A stretch of 64,000 bases of DNA from an uncultured delta proteobacterium (GTDB lineage: Bacteria > Myxococcota > Myxococcia > Myxococcales > Anaeromyxobacteraceae), in the NCBI GenBank assembly GCA_963766715.1, contig CAVYBH010000013.1, positions 32,001 through 96,000 on the forward strand, in the 5' to 3' direction. Under the pieces are notes generated by a model that saw nothing but the letters and a program-made list of their open reading frames with translations, did not search any database and was not told where the DNA came from. Numbering within the stretch: the stretch's first letter is position 1; each line of letters starts with the position of its first letter. This document shows, piece by piece, positions 21,155-30,872 of the stretch. The position numbers and the translations under genes are program-made.

Positions 21155-22036
21155 ATGGCCGACGGGCGGATCGAGCGAGCGTTCGTGAAGACGGCACTGG
21201 CGCTGGCCTCGCGCCCCGAGGTGGACCGGCTCATCTACGTGGCCGACACCCCCCTCGCGACGAGCGACCTGCGCGGGCGCCCCATCAAGCGCAAGCTGGT
21301 GTACGCGGTGACCACCGAGTCGCTCGCCCAGCAGCTGACGGACCGCAAGTTCGCCGCCGTGGTCATCCCCCCATTCGGCTACTCCCGGGTCGAGAAGGTC
21401 CGGGTGGCGGTCGTCGCCTGCCAGAGCGAGGGGCTCCTGAAGGAGGGGGACACGGTGCTGGCGCTGGCCGGGCACGACCGGAGCCTGGACACGCTCGTCC
21501 GCATCCGGATCGGCGCGGACGACGAAGAGGACCGGGTGCAGGTGAACGCCCTCGACCTGCCGTCGACGCACAGCGCCCAGGTGATGGAGCAGGTGATCCA
21601 CGTCGCGCTGGAGGTGGGCGCCCAGGGGTACGAGGGGCACCCGGTGGGCACCATCTTCATCGTCGGCGCGTCTCACCGGGTGATGGAGCAGAGCCGCCAG
21701 ATCACCCTCAATCCCTTCCAGGGCATGAGCGAGTCGGAGCGGAACGTGATGGACCCGACCATCCGCGAGGCGCTCAAGACCTTCGCCGTGCTCGACGGCG
21801 CCTTCGTGATCCGCGAGGACGGGACCGTCCTCGCCGCCGGCCGGTACCTCCAGGCCGGCAAGAACGAGGCCCGGCTTCCCGCGGGACTGGGCGCCCGCCA
21901 TCGCTCCGCCGCCGCCGTGACCGCCACCATCCCGGGCGCCATCGCCGTCACCGTCTCGCAGACCACGGGCGCCGTCCGGGTCTTCAAGGATGGCGAGATC
22001 GCCCTCGAGCTGCGGCAGACCGCTCGCCGCCTCTGA
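21155..22036 (+). CDS. Diadenylate cyclase (DisA_N/DAC domain), soluble type
   Basis: EGHPVGTIF, catalytic LDGAF and GLGARHRSA, VSQTTGAVRVF; no obvious TM segment. Confidence 0.82.
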   Translation: MADGRIERAFVKTALALASRPEVDRLIYVADTPLATSDLRGRPIKRKLVYAVTTESLAQQLTDRKFAAVVIPPFGYSRVEKVRVAVVACQSEGLLKEGDTVLALAGHDRSLDTLVRIRIGADDEEDRVQVNALDLPSTHSAQVMEQVIHVALEVGAQGYEGHPVGTIFIVGASHRVMEQSRQITLNPFQGMSESERNVMDPTIREALKTFAVLDGAFVIREDGTVLAAGRYLQAGKNEARLPAGLGARHRSAAAVTATIPGAIAVTVSQTTGAVRVFKDGEIALELRQTARRL

Positions 22037-22058
22037 TCTCCGCCCCCCGGGACCTCCC

Positions 22059-23537
22059 TTGATCGATTCCGCCATCGCCCAGGGCCGCCGCTGGTCGGAC
22101 GAGACCCTGGCCGCCCTGCTCGTCGCCTTCTCCACGCTGCTGCACGTCGCCTACGCAGGGTTCGTTCCCCTCTCCCCGCAGGACGCCTACTACTGGCAGT
22201 ACGCCCGCCACCCGGCCCTCTCCTACTTCGACCACCCGCCGGCGGCCGCCTGGACCATCCGGGCGTTCACGCTCCTGCTGGGCGACTCGGAGCGCGTCGT
22301 GCGGCTGGCGGCGGCGGGGTGGTCGGCGGTCTTCTGCCTCTTCTTCTTCCTGGCAGGGCGCAGGCTGCTGGGGAGCCGGGGGGCCCTCGCCGCCACGGCG
22401 ATGATGCTCGTCACCCCCTTCTTCTCGCTGGGGCAGACCATCGTCACGCCCGACGGCCCGCTCGTGGCCGGCTGGATCGCCGCGTTCTACTTCACCGTCC
22501 GCGCGCTCCAGGACGATCGGCCGGCCTGGCTGCTCGCCGCCGGCCTGTCGGCGGGCGTGGCCTCGCTCGGCAAGTACACGGGCTTCCTCCTGCTGCCCCA
22601 GATCTTCCTGGCGCTGCTCCTCGACCGGCGGGGGCGCCGGATGCTCGCCACCCCGTACCCCTGGGCCGGGGCGGCCCTCGCGCTCGCCGTCTTCTCCCCG
22701 GTGGTGATCTGGAACGCCACCCACGGCTGGGCGAGCTTCGGGTTCCAGTTCGGCAAGCGCGGTCACGAGATGCAGCTCGAGCCGGTGCTGGTGGGGCGCT
22801 TCTTCGGCCTCCAGGCGCTCGTGGTCTCGCCCCTGCTCTTCCTCGTGCTCCTCGCCGCCATGGCCGTCTCGGTGCGGCGCTGGCGGGACGAGACCCTGCG
22901 CCTGTGCGCCCTCTTCTCCGTGCCCATGATGGCGCTCTGGATCGTCGTCTCCCCCTTTCACTGGGTGAAGATGAACTGGGCGGTGCCGGTGTACCCGACG
23001 GCCCTGCTCGCCGCGGTGGCCCTCTACGCGGCCCGTCCGGCGCGGTGGCGCGTCCTGCTCGTCGCCACGGTGTCGGTCGCCGCCTTCTCCACGCTCTTCC
23101 TCACGCTCATGCCGCTCGTCCCCGCCCTCCCCTTCCCGGCGCGCGACGACACCATGGCCGGCTGGAAGGAGCTGGCGGCGAGGGTCGCGCAGGAGCGCGG
23201 CCCGGACGGCCCGCTGCCCGTGATCGGGTGCTTCTACCGGACGGCCAGCACGCTGGCCTTCAACCTGCCCGGGCGCCCGGAGACCTTCTCGTCGAACGCC
23301 TTCGGGCGTCCCGGCCTGGCGTACGACTTCTGGACCGACCCGCGCACGCTGACCGGGCGCGAGGTCCTGGTGGTGGAGGACGACCGGGACCGGGGCTGGT
23401 GCGCGGCGCGCGCCACCCGTTGCGCACCGCTCGTCCCGCTCGAGCCGCTCGAGGTGAAGCGCGCGGGGAACCGGGTCACGACCTTCCGGCTCTGGCGCTG
23501 CGGCTACCTCGGACCGCCGGACGCCCCGGTGCCCTGA
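22059..23537 (+). CDS. GT39/ArnT-like membrane glycosyltransferase
   Basis: QDAYYWQYARHPALSYFDHPP, TPDGPL, LGKYT and many TM helices; start (TTG 22059) is approximate. Confidence 0.82.
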   Translation: MIDSAIAQGRRWSDETLAALLVAFSTLLHVAYAGFVPLSPQDAYYWQYARHPALSYFDHPPAAAWTIRAFTLLLGDSERVVRLAAAGWSAVFCLFFFLAGRRLLGSRGALAATAMMLVTPFFSLGQTIVTPDGPLVAGWIAAFYFTVRALQDDRPAWLLAAGLSAGVASLGKYTGFLLLPQIFLALLLDRRGRRMLATPYPWAGAALALAVFSPVVIWNATHGWASFGFQFGKRGHEMQLEPVLVGRFFGLQALVVSPLLFLVLLAAMAVSVRRWRDETLRLCALFSVPMMALWIVVSPFHWVKMNWAVPVYPTALLAAVALYAARPARWRVLLVATVSVAAFSTLFLTLMPLVPALPFPARDDTMAGWKELAARVAQERGPDGPLPVIGCFYRTASTLAFNLPGRPETFSSNAFGRPGLAYDFWTDPRTLTGREVLVVEDDRDRGWCAARATRCAPLVPLEPLEVKRAGNRVTTFRLWRCGYLGPPDAPVP

Positions 23538-24429
23538 CCGCTCCGGCCTCGCAGCCCTCGGCGAGGCGGCAGGTCGCGCAGCGCTCCGGGAGGCGGCGGG
23601 GCGGACAGTGCCCGCTCATCCCCAGGTGGCAGAGCGCGAAGTCGAAGCGGACCGGATCGGCGGGATCCGCCACCCGCAGCGCGGCCGTCACCTCCTCGGC
23701 GGTACGCCAGGAGAGGTCGCGACGCCGGGTCAGGCCGAGGCGACGCGCGACCCGGGCGACGTGGGTGTCGAGCGGCACGACGAGCGCGGAGGTGGGCACG
23801 CCCTTCCACAGGCCGAGGTCGACGCCGTCCGGACCTCGCACCATCCATCTCAGGTAGAGGTTCCACCGCTTGGCCGCGCCGCCGGCGCCCGGGTCGGGAC
23901 AGAGGTGGCGGATTCCCCGTCCCCCGCGGGCGCCGAGCAGGGCGAGGGCGGGGGGCGCCTCCCGCACCTCCGCGGCGAAGCGCGTGAGGGCCTCGCGCAG
24001 GGGCGCCGCGGGCCGTTCGGCCTTCGCCCGCTCGAGGAGCGAGGCGAAGCGCGCGCCCAGGGACCCGTGCCGTCCTCGCACCCAGCCGGCCGCGGCCAGG
24101 AGCGCGGCCACGTCCTCGCCGGTGTTGAACCGGTAGCGGAAGCCGGAGAGCGGGCTCGCGTCGGGGTCGCGGGAGAGCCGGTCCGCGAAGGCCGCCGGCG
24201 ACGGCGAGGCGATCCGGAGCACCCATTCGATCTTCGGCTTGAAGAGGTCGGCGCGGCCGTAGGCCAGGCAGGCGGCGAGCAGCCCGGCCACCTCCGCGTC
24301 GGCGGGGTCCGCGTAGCGGCGCGGGAACTCGACCGGATCGGCGGTCAGGCGCGCGGTGACGTCGAAGCCGCGCTGGAACTGGTCCAGGATCGGCGCCAGC
24401 CGGCCGGCACGCACGCCCCGCCGGCTCAA
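23476..24429 (-). CDS. TIGR02757/DUF2400 family protein (HhH-GPD-like), with C-terminal Cys cluster
   Basis: DPVEFPRRY, LAYGR, FRYRF, AKRWNLYLRWMVR, VPLDTHV, DPVRFDFAL, then C-x8-C-x2-C-x5-C. Confidence 0.82.
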   Translation of the reverse strand: MSRRGVRAGRLAPILDQFQRGFDVTARLTADPVEFPRRYADPADAEVAGLLAACLAYGRADLFKPKIEWVLRIASPSPAAFADRLSRDPDASPLSGFRYRFNTGEDVAALLAAAGWVRGRHGSLGARFASLLERAKAERPAAPLREALTRFAAEVREAPPALALLGARGGRGIRHLCPDPGAGGAAKRWNLYLRWMVRGPDGVDLGLWKGVPTSALVVPLDTHVARVARRLGLTRRRDLSWRTAEEVTAALRVADPADPVRFDFALCHLGMSGHCPPRRLPERCATCRLAEGCEAGAVRAPGRPAVRGSRSARAGRS

Positions 24430-24432
24430 CGG

Positions 24433-24957
24433 TCAACCCTTGCCGGGGGCCGGGGCGTGCTTCGCGAGCTCGAAGACCACGTGCCCCAGCTCCGGCCCGA
24501 TGAGCTGCTCCCAGGCCAGCCGGACGGCCGCCGTCGATCCGGGAACCGAGAAGATCACCATTCCCTCCCAGGTTCCCGCCACCGCGCGGGAGAGCATGGC
24601 CGCGCTGCCGATCTCCTGGAAGGAGAGCGAGCGGAAGATCTCGCCGAAGCCGTCGAGCCGCTTCTCCAGGAGCCCGGCCACGGCCTCGTAGGTCCGGTCG
24701 CGCGCGGAGATCCCGGTGCCCCCGTTCACCACCACCGCCTCGGCCCCGGCCGCCGCCGCGGCGGCCAGCGCCGCCCGCACCTCGTCCGGCTCGTCCCGCA
24801 CCACGCGGTAGCCGGCCAGCACGTGACCCGCCGAGGCGAGCACCGACTTCAGGTAGGACCCGCTCGCGTCCTCGGCCTCCCCGCGGGAATCGGAGGCGGT
24901 GAGGACGAAGACCCGGACCGGCCGGGCGCCCTTTCGACGGTGCTCCTCGTGGCCCAC
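24433..24957 (-). CDS. moaB: Molybdenum cofactor biosynthesis protein B (MoaB/Mog)
   Basis: GTG 24957; VLTASD, NGGTGISARDRTYE, GFGEIFR, AMLSRA, SVPGS. Confidence 0.88.
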   Translation of the reverse strand: MGHEEHRRKGARPVRVFVLTASDSRGEAEDASGSYLKSVLASAGHVLAGYRVVRDEPDEVRAALAAAAAAGAEAVVVNGGTGISARDRTYEAVAGLLEKRLDGFGEIFRSLSFQEIGSAAMLSRAVAGTWEGMVIFSVPGSTAAVRLAWEQLIGPELGHVVFELAKHAPAPGKG

Positions 24958-24968
24958 GGGTGCCTCCG

Positions 24969-25593
24969 TCACTCCAGCTCGAGCTTGGGCTGGGTCATGG
25001 GGATGTCCTTCCGTGCGCTGGCGATCGACTGCTCGACGGCCTTCCGGTCGGGCGCGTCGGGCGCCATCGTCACGTAGATGCTGAACTCCTGGATGGCCCG
25101 GTTGCGGTCCCCGAGCCGGCGATAGGCCTCGCCCGCGACCTTGTGGGCCTGGGGGGAGTCGCCCGCCGCGAGCGACGCCTGGGCGAACGCGAGGGCCTCC
25201 CTGGGCCGGTCGGCCCGGAGGAGCGCAAACGCCGCCTGGACGAGGCCGACGGGCTCTCCGGAGGCGAGCAGGCGCTGGGAGCCGAACCCCACCGGCCGCA
25301 GGACCAGGTCGACCCGGCTGCCCGCCAGCTTCGCGCCCGACAGCCGGATCTCGGCCGGCTCGAAGCCGGGGGCCGTCGCCCGGATCAGGTAGCTGCCCTC
25401 CTCGTCGGGGACCGGGAGGGAGAGCGGCGCCTTGCCGATCTCGACGCCGTTCGAGGTCGACCAGGGCGCCGGGCGGCAGGGTCTCCACGTAGACCTCGGG
25501 CGGGACGGCCTGCTTCCAGGTGACGGGCTGCGCGGAAGCACAGGCGACCAGCAGTCCTGCGAGAGTCACGGCGGCGATCGTTCGCGGCGTCAT
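24969..25593 (-). CDS. PEGA-domain/TPR lipoprotein (frameshift near 25455)
   Basis: MTPRTIAAVTLAGLLVAC lipobox; VETLPPGALV..NGVEIGKAP PEGA; TPR-like AHKVAGEAYRRLG. Confidence 0.7.
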
Positions 25594-25621
25594 GTCTGGG
25601 ACCAGGGTTATACACCCGGGG

Positions 25622-27347
25622 ATGGCCGACAAGATCGCCGTGGCCCGGGCCCTCCGGGAGCTGGGGATGCTGCTCGAGGTGAAGGGGGAGAACCCCTTCA
25701 AGGTCCGCGCCTACGAGAACGGCGCGCGCACGCTCGAGGAGCTTCCCGGCAGCCTGGACGAGGTGATCGCGGCCGGCACCCTCACCGAGCTTCCCGGAAT
25801 CGGCGAGGCGCTGGCGAAGAAGATCGACGAGCTGGCCCGGACCGGGAGGCTCCCGCTCCTCGACAAGGTCCGGGCGGAGCTGCCGGCGGGCATCGGCGAC
25901 CTGCTCCGGATCCCGGACCTCGGCCCGAAGAAGATCGCCGCCCTCCTCGCCGCGCTCGGGATCGGGAGCGTGGCGGAGCTGGAGGCCGCCTGCCGGGACG
26001 GGCGGGTCCGCGAGGTGAAGGGCTTCGGGGAGAAGACCGAGAAGAAGATCCTGGAGGGCATCCACCGGATGCGGACCGCGTCGACCCGGGTCCTTCTCTC
26101 CGACGCCCGGGAGATCGGCAACCACCTCGTCCGCTACCTCCGGGCCACCGGCGCCGCCGAGCGCGTGGAGCTGGCCGGCTCGGCCCGCCGGTGGAAGGAG
26201 ACGGTGGGCGACCTCGACGTCGTGGCCGGGTCGCGCCATCCGGAGGTCCTCTCCGACGCCCTCGTCGCCTTCCCGGGCGTCGAGTCGGTGGTCGCGAAGG
26301 GCGACACGAAGACCACCATCCACCTCGCGGGCGGCCTCTCGGTGGACCTGCGCGTGGTGCCCCCGGAGGAGTTCCCCAGCCTCCTGCAGCACATGACGGG
26401 CTCGAAGGAGCACAACGTCCGGCTGCGCGGGCTGGCCCGCGACCGGGGGCTCACGCTCTCCGAGTGGGGGCTGGAGCGGCTGGACGGCGGGGGCAAGGTC
26501 CCGCTCTCCACGGAGGACGACGTCTACCGCGCCCTGGGCATGCAGCCCGTGCCTCCCGAGCTTCGCCAGGACACCGGCGAGATCGACGCCGCGCTGGGCG
26601 GACGCCTCCCCGCGGACCTCATCCAGCTCGAGGACGTGAAGGGGATGGTCCACGTCCACACCACCTGGTCGGACGGGCGCGCCTCCCTCGAGGAGATGGC
26701 GCGGGCGGCCCAGGAGATGGGGATGGAGTACCTGACCATCACCGACCACAGCCGGAGCGCCGCCTACGCCGGCGGGCTCGACGTGGAGCGGCTGAAGGCG
26801 CAGTGGGACGAGATGGCCCAGGTCCAGGAGCGGGTGAAGATCCGGCTCCTGCGGGGCACCGAGGCCGACATCCTGGACGGCGGGCTCCTCGACTGGCCCG
26901 ACGCGGTGCTGGAGCAGCTCGACGTGGTCATCGCCAGCGTCCATTCGCGCATGAAGATGGACGCGGAGCAGATGACCCAGCGGCTCGTCCGCACCATGGA
27001 GCTGCCCTTCTTCAAGATTCTGGGGTCACGCCACCGGCCGGCTCCTGCTCGAGCGGGATCCCTACGGGCTCGACATGGAGAAGGTGCTCGACGCCGCGGC
27101 CGCCTCCCGGGTCGCGGTCGAGGTGAACGGCGACCCGCACCGGCTCGACATGGAGCCGCGCCACCTGCGCATGGCGCGGGAGCGCGGGATTCCCATCGTC
27201 CTCTGCACCGACGCGCACTCGGTGGCCGGGCTCGGGAACCTCCCCTACGCCGTGATGACGGCCCGGCGGGCCTGGGTCACGAAGGGAGAGGTGCTGAACA
27301 CCTTGCCCGCGGCCGGGTTCGCCGCGCGGGTGCGCCCTTCCCCATGA
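25622..27347 (+). CDS. polX: DNA polymerase X / PHP 3'-5' exonuclease (frameshift near 27025)
   Basis: ENPFKVRAY, HhH motifs, AGSARRWKETVGDLD, VDLR, TGSKEHN; PHP HVHTTWSDG, TDHS, EVNG, TDAH. Confidence 0.9.
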
Positions 27348-27364
27348 AGAGGTGGGTCCCCTCC

Positions 27365-27382
27365 AGTTCAACCGGTTGAACT
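27365..27382. promoter_or_regulatory. Perfect 18-bp palindrome, candidate operator
   Basis: AGTTCAACCGGTTGAACT equals its own reverse complement; lies in the polX-ampG intergenic region. Confidence 0.5.
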
Positions 27383-27480
27383 TCGAGCGGGCGTCGCCCG
27401 CGCGGATGCGCCCTTCGGCGTGAGGAGGATCCCCTCCATTTCCTTCGCCGCCTCCGGCGCGCGGGGTACATTCCGCGGCG

Positions 27481-28806
27481 ATGTCGACCCTGCGAAGCCG
27501 CCGCGTCCAGTTCGCCGGCCTGCTCATGCTCTCCTCGGGCATGCCGCTCGGCTTCGTCATGAACACCCTCCAGGTGTTCCTGCGAGGCGCCGGCGTGAGC
27601 CTGAAGACCATCGGGCTCCTGCAGGTCGTGTCGGTGCCCTGGTCCTTCAAGTTCCTCTGGGCGCCGCTCGTCGACCGCTTCTCCTTGCCCTGGCTGGGCC
27701 GGAGGCGGGGCTGGATCGCCGCCATGCAGCTCTCGCTCACCGCGGCGCTCGGCGGGCTGGCCGCCTACGTCGCCCGTCACCTCGTTCCCGGCCCCTCCGG
27801 ACGCGAGGTCCTGACGGCCGGCGCGGCCACGGGCGTGGCGCTCTTCGCGCTCGGCATCGCCTTCCTGTCGGCCACCCAGGACATCGCGCTCGACGCCTAC
27901 ACGGTCGAGGTCCTCGACAAGGACGAGGTGGGACCGGCCAGCGGCCTGCGCATCATGTGGTACCGCATCGGCATGCTGGTGGCCGGCGCGCTCTCCATCT
28001 TCGCGTCGGAGTGGGTGCCCTGGCCGTGGGTCTTCGCCTCCCTCGGCGCGGTCTTCGCGCTGCTCGTGCTGCTCACGCTGGCCGCCCCGGAGCCCCGGGT
28101 GGTCGCGGCGGCGCCCCGCACCTTCCAGGAGGCGGTGGTCGAGCCGTTCCGGAACTTCTTCCAGCGGCGGCGCGCCGTCGAGGTCGCCCTCTTCCTGGTC
28201 TTCTACAAGTTCGGCGACAACCTGGGCGGGTCGATGGTGAACCCGTTCCTGAAGGACCTCTGCTTCTCCAACGCCGAGATCGGGCTGATGGTGAAGACCA
28301 TCGGCACCGCGGCCACCATCGCCGGCGCCGGCGCCGGCGCCGCGCTCATGACCCGGCTGGGCATCGCCCGGGCGCTCTGGGTGTTCGGCTTCGCCCAGGC
28401 CGGGGGCAACCTCCTCTACGCGCTGGCGGCGGCCACCCATCCCGGCGCCACCGACGTGCTGCTCTGCGGGGGCGCGTCGGTCTCGGCGGCCACGCGCGCC
28501 GCCACCTACCTGGCCATCGCCGGCGAGTACGCCTCGCAGGGCATGGCCACCTCGGCCCTGCTCGCCTACATCACGCGGCTCTGCGACCGGCGCTACAGCG
28601 CCACGCAGTACGCGCTCCTCTCCAGCCTGTTCGGCCTGGGACGCACGCTCTCCGGGCCTCCCAGCGGCTGGATGGCCGAGCGGCTGGGCTACGAGTGGTT
28701 CTTCCTGTCGGCGGCCCTGCTGGCGGTGCCCGGCTTCCTGTTCCTGCAGCGGGTCGCGCCCATCCAGCAGCGCGAGCTGCCGGCGGGCGAGCTTCCCGGC
28801 GCCTGA
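27481..28806 (+). CDS. ampG: AmpG-like MFS muropeptide permease
   Basis: SSGMPL, PWSFKFLWAPLVDR, GRRRGW, SATQDIALDAY, YKFGD, SATQYALLSSL. Confidence 0.85.
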   Translation: MSTLRSRRVQFAGLLMLSSGMPLGFVMNTLQVFLRGAGVSLKTIGLLQVVSVPWSFKFLWAPLVDRFSLPWLGRRRGWIAAMQLSLTAALGGLAAYVARHLVPGPSGREVLTAGAATGVALFALGIAFLSATQDIALDAYTVEVLDKDEVGPASGLRIMWYRIGMLVAGALSIFASEWVPWPWVFASLGAVFALLVLLTLAAPEPRVVAAAPRTFQEAVVEPFRNFFQRRRAVEVALFLVFYKFGDNLGGSMVNPFLKDLCFSNAEIGLMVKTIGTAATIAGAGAGAALMTRLGIARALWVFGFAQAGGNLLYALAAATHPGATDVLLCGGASVSAATRAATYLAIAGEYASQGMATSALLAYITRLCDRRYSATQYALLSSLFGLGRTLSGPPSGWMAERLGYEWFFLSAALLAVPGFLFLQRVAPIQQRELPAGELPGA

Positions 28807-28836
28807 CAGGCGTCCCGGTCTACGGCGTCTCCGGCG

Positions 28837-29539
28837 CTACTTGCGCTCGCCGCGGGCCCGCGCCTCGGCGGCCAGCTCGCGCACCGAGAACCCGGGGGTC
28901 TGGCTGAACTCGTCGCCCGAGTCCTGGCCGAAGGGACGGGCCGCGGCGCGGTCGAGCTTCAGGGCCGCGTCGGTCAGCTTCGAGGGGCGGACCAGCCACG
29001 GGTCCTTCTCGTAGGAGACCGGCGGCCCGCGGAGCAGCCGCTTCTCGTCGTAGATCTGACCCTTCGCGCGTGTAGGTCGGCGGGGGGTGGTCGCCGGTGT
29101 CCATGCGGATGGCGTCCTTGGGGCACGCCTCCACGCAGAAGCCGCAGACCACGCAGCGCAGCTCGTCGATCACGAATTTCTTCGGATACTTCTCGATGGG
29201 GTCGCCCTCGACCTCGGCGGCCTCGATGTAGATGCACTGCGCCGGGCAGGCGGTGGCGCACATGAAGCAGGCCACGCAGCGGGGGCTGCCGTCCGGCCGG
29301 GGAACCAGCCGGTGCAGCCCGCGGTAGCCGGCCGGGTACGCCGCCTTCTCCTCCGGGTACATGAGCGTGGTGACCCGGTTCTGGGCGCGGTCGCGCTCGA
29401 GGATGTCCGGGTTGGTGTCGCGGGAGAAGAAGGCGTTGCGCCAGAAGGTCTTCACCACGAGCCCGATGGCCCGGAAGATCTCCGGGAAGTACAGGCTCTC
29501 GCGGACGTTGGCGGGCTGGTTCTCGAGCTGGTAGGCCAT
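28837..29539 (-). CDS. nuoI: NADH-quinone oxidoreductase subunit I, cluster 1 (frameshift near 29060)
   Basis: [37 protein letters not shown]; shifted tail ends at TAG 28837-28839. Confidence 0.85.
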
Positions 29540-29543
29540 GGCG

Positions 29544-30872
29544 TCAGTGTCCCGCGGCGGGGGCGGCGTGTCCGTGCGCGTCGCCGTGTTCGTGTCCGTG
29601 CCCGGCCTGCTCCGGCTTGCTCACCGCCATCGTGATCCCGAAGATGACGGCGATCTCGGCGACGCCGATCCAGGCCAGCAGCTGCAGCGTGGGATCGAGG
29701 AGCACCGCGGCGCCGGTCACGAAGACGTTCACGATGGCGCCGGGGAGCAGGAGCTTCCAGCACAGGCCCTGGATCTGGTCGTAGCGGAAGCGGGGCAGCA
29801 GCCAGCGGATGACGAGCTGGATCCAGGTGAGCAGGATCACCTTGGCGAGGAAGGAGGCCGCGCAGATCGCGGCGAAGAGCACCGGATCGAGGTTGGCCTT
29901 CATCCAGCCCTCGAAGAAGATCGGGTGCCACCCGCCCAGGAAGACCGCGGCGGTCAGGGCGGCCAGGATCACCACCTCGACGAACTCGGCCAGGAAGAGC
30001 AGGCCGAACTTCATGCCGGAGTACTCGAGGAAGTAGCCGACGATCTCGCTCTCGCCCTCGGGCAGGTCGAACGGGGCGCGCTTGGTCTCGGCGAAGGAGC
30101 TGGTGAAGAAGACGAGGAACCCGAGCGGCTGGAGGAGGAGCCCCAGCGCCGGGACGGGGCCGAGCACGTCGGCGCCCTGGGCGATGGCCATCTGCTGCAG
30201 GCTCACCGTCCGGTAGGCGATCATCACGCCCACCAGCGAGAGGCCGAGGGAGACCTCGTAGCTGATCATCTGGGCGCTGGCGCGCACCGCGCCGAGCAGG
30301 CCCATGCGGTTGTTGGAGGCCCAGCCGGCCAGCGTCGTCCCGTAGACCGAGAGCCCGGCGAGCGCGAAGATCCAGAGCAGGCCGGCGTCGGGGTTCGCGA
30401 CCCACATCCCCACGTTCTGGCCGAGGACCCGGGCCTCCGGACCGACCGGGATCACGGCGAAGAGCGCGAAGGTGGGGGAGAAGGCCAGCACCGGCGCCAG
30501 CTCGAAGAGGAACTTGGAGCGGGCCGCCGGGAGGATCGCCTCCTTGGTGAGCATCTTGAGGGCGTCGGCGAGCAGGTAGGGCACGCCGCCCAGGGCCGTT
30601 CCGAAGACCTTGATGCGGTTGGCGCCGACGCGGTCCTGCATGGCGGCCGACCACTTGCGCTCGGCCACCGTGAGGAGCGCCGCCACCGTCATGAGCGTCA
30701 CCGCCATGAGCGTGATGGCGTTCACGATCGAGCTGCCGAAGAAGCCCGGCAGGCCCAGCGCCACCGCGCCCTGCGCGCCCAGGGCCGCCAGCAGGTAGAA
30801 GGCGTAGAAGAGGCCGACCAGGCCGACCAGGACGGCGCCGATGACCGCCCACATCCCCACGAATCGCTTCAC
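29544..30872 (-). CDS. nuoH: NADH-quinone oxidoreductase subunit H, cluster 1
   Basis: GTG 30872; [52 protein letters not shown]; His-rich C-terminus. Confidence 0.9.
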   Translation of the reverse strand: MKRFVGMWAVIGAVLVGLVGLFYAFYLLAALGAQGAVALGLPGFFGSSIVNAITLMAVTLMTVAALLTVAERKWSAAMQDRVGANRIKVFGTALGGVPYLLADALKMLTKEAILPAARSKFLFELAPVLAFSPTFALFAVIPVGPEARVLGQNVGMWVANPDAGLLWIFALAGLSVYGTTLAGWASNNRMGLLGAVRASAQMISYEVSLGLSLVGVMIAYRTVSLQQMAIAQGADVLGPVPALGLLLQPLGFLVFFTSSFAETKRAPFDLPEGESEIVGYFLEYSGMKFGLLFLAEFVEVVILAALTAAVFLGGWHPIFFEGWMKANLDPVLFAAICAASFLAKVILLTWIQLVIRWLLPRFRYDQIQGLCWKLLLPGAIVNVFVTGAAVLLDPTLQLLAWIGVAEIAVIFGITMAVSKPEQAGHGHEHGDAHGHAAPAAGH

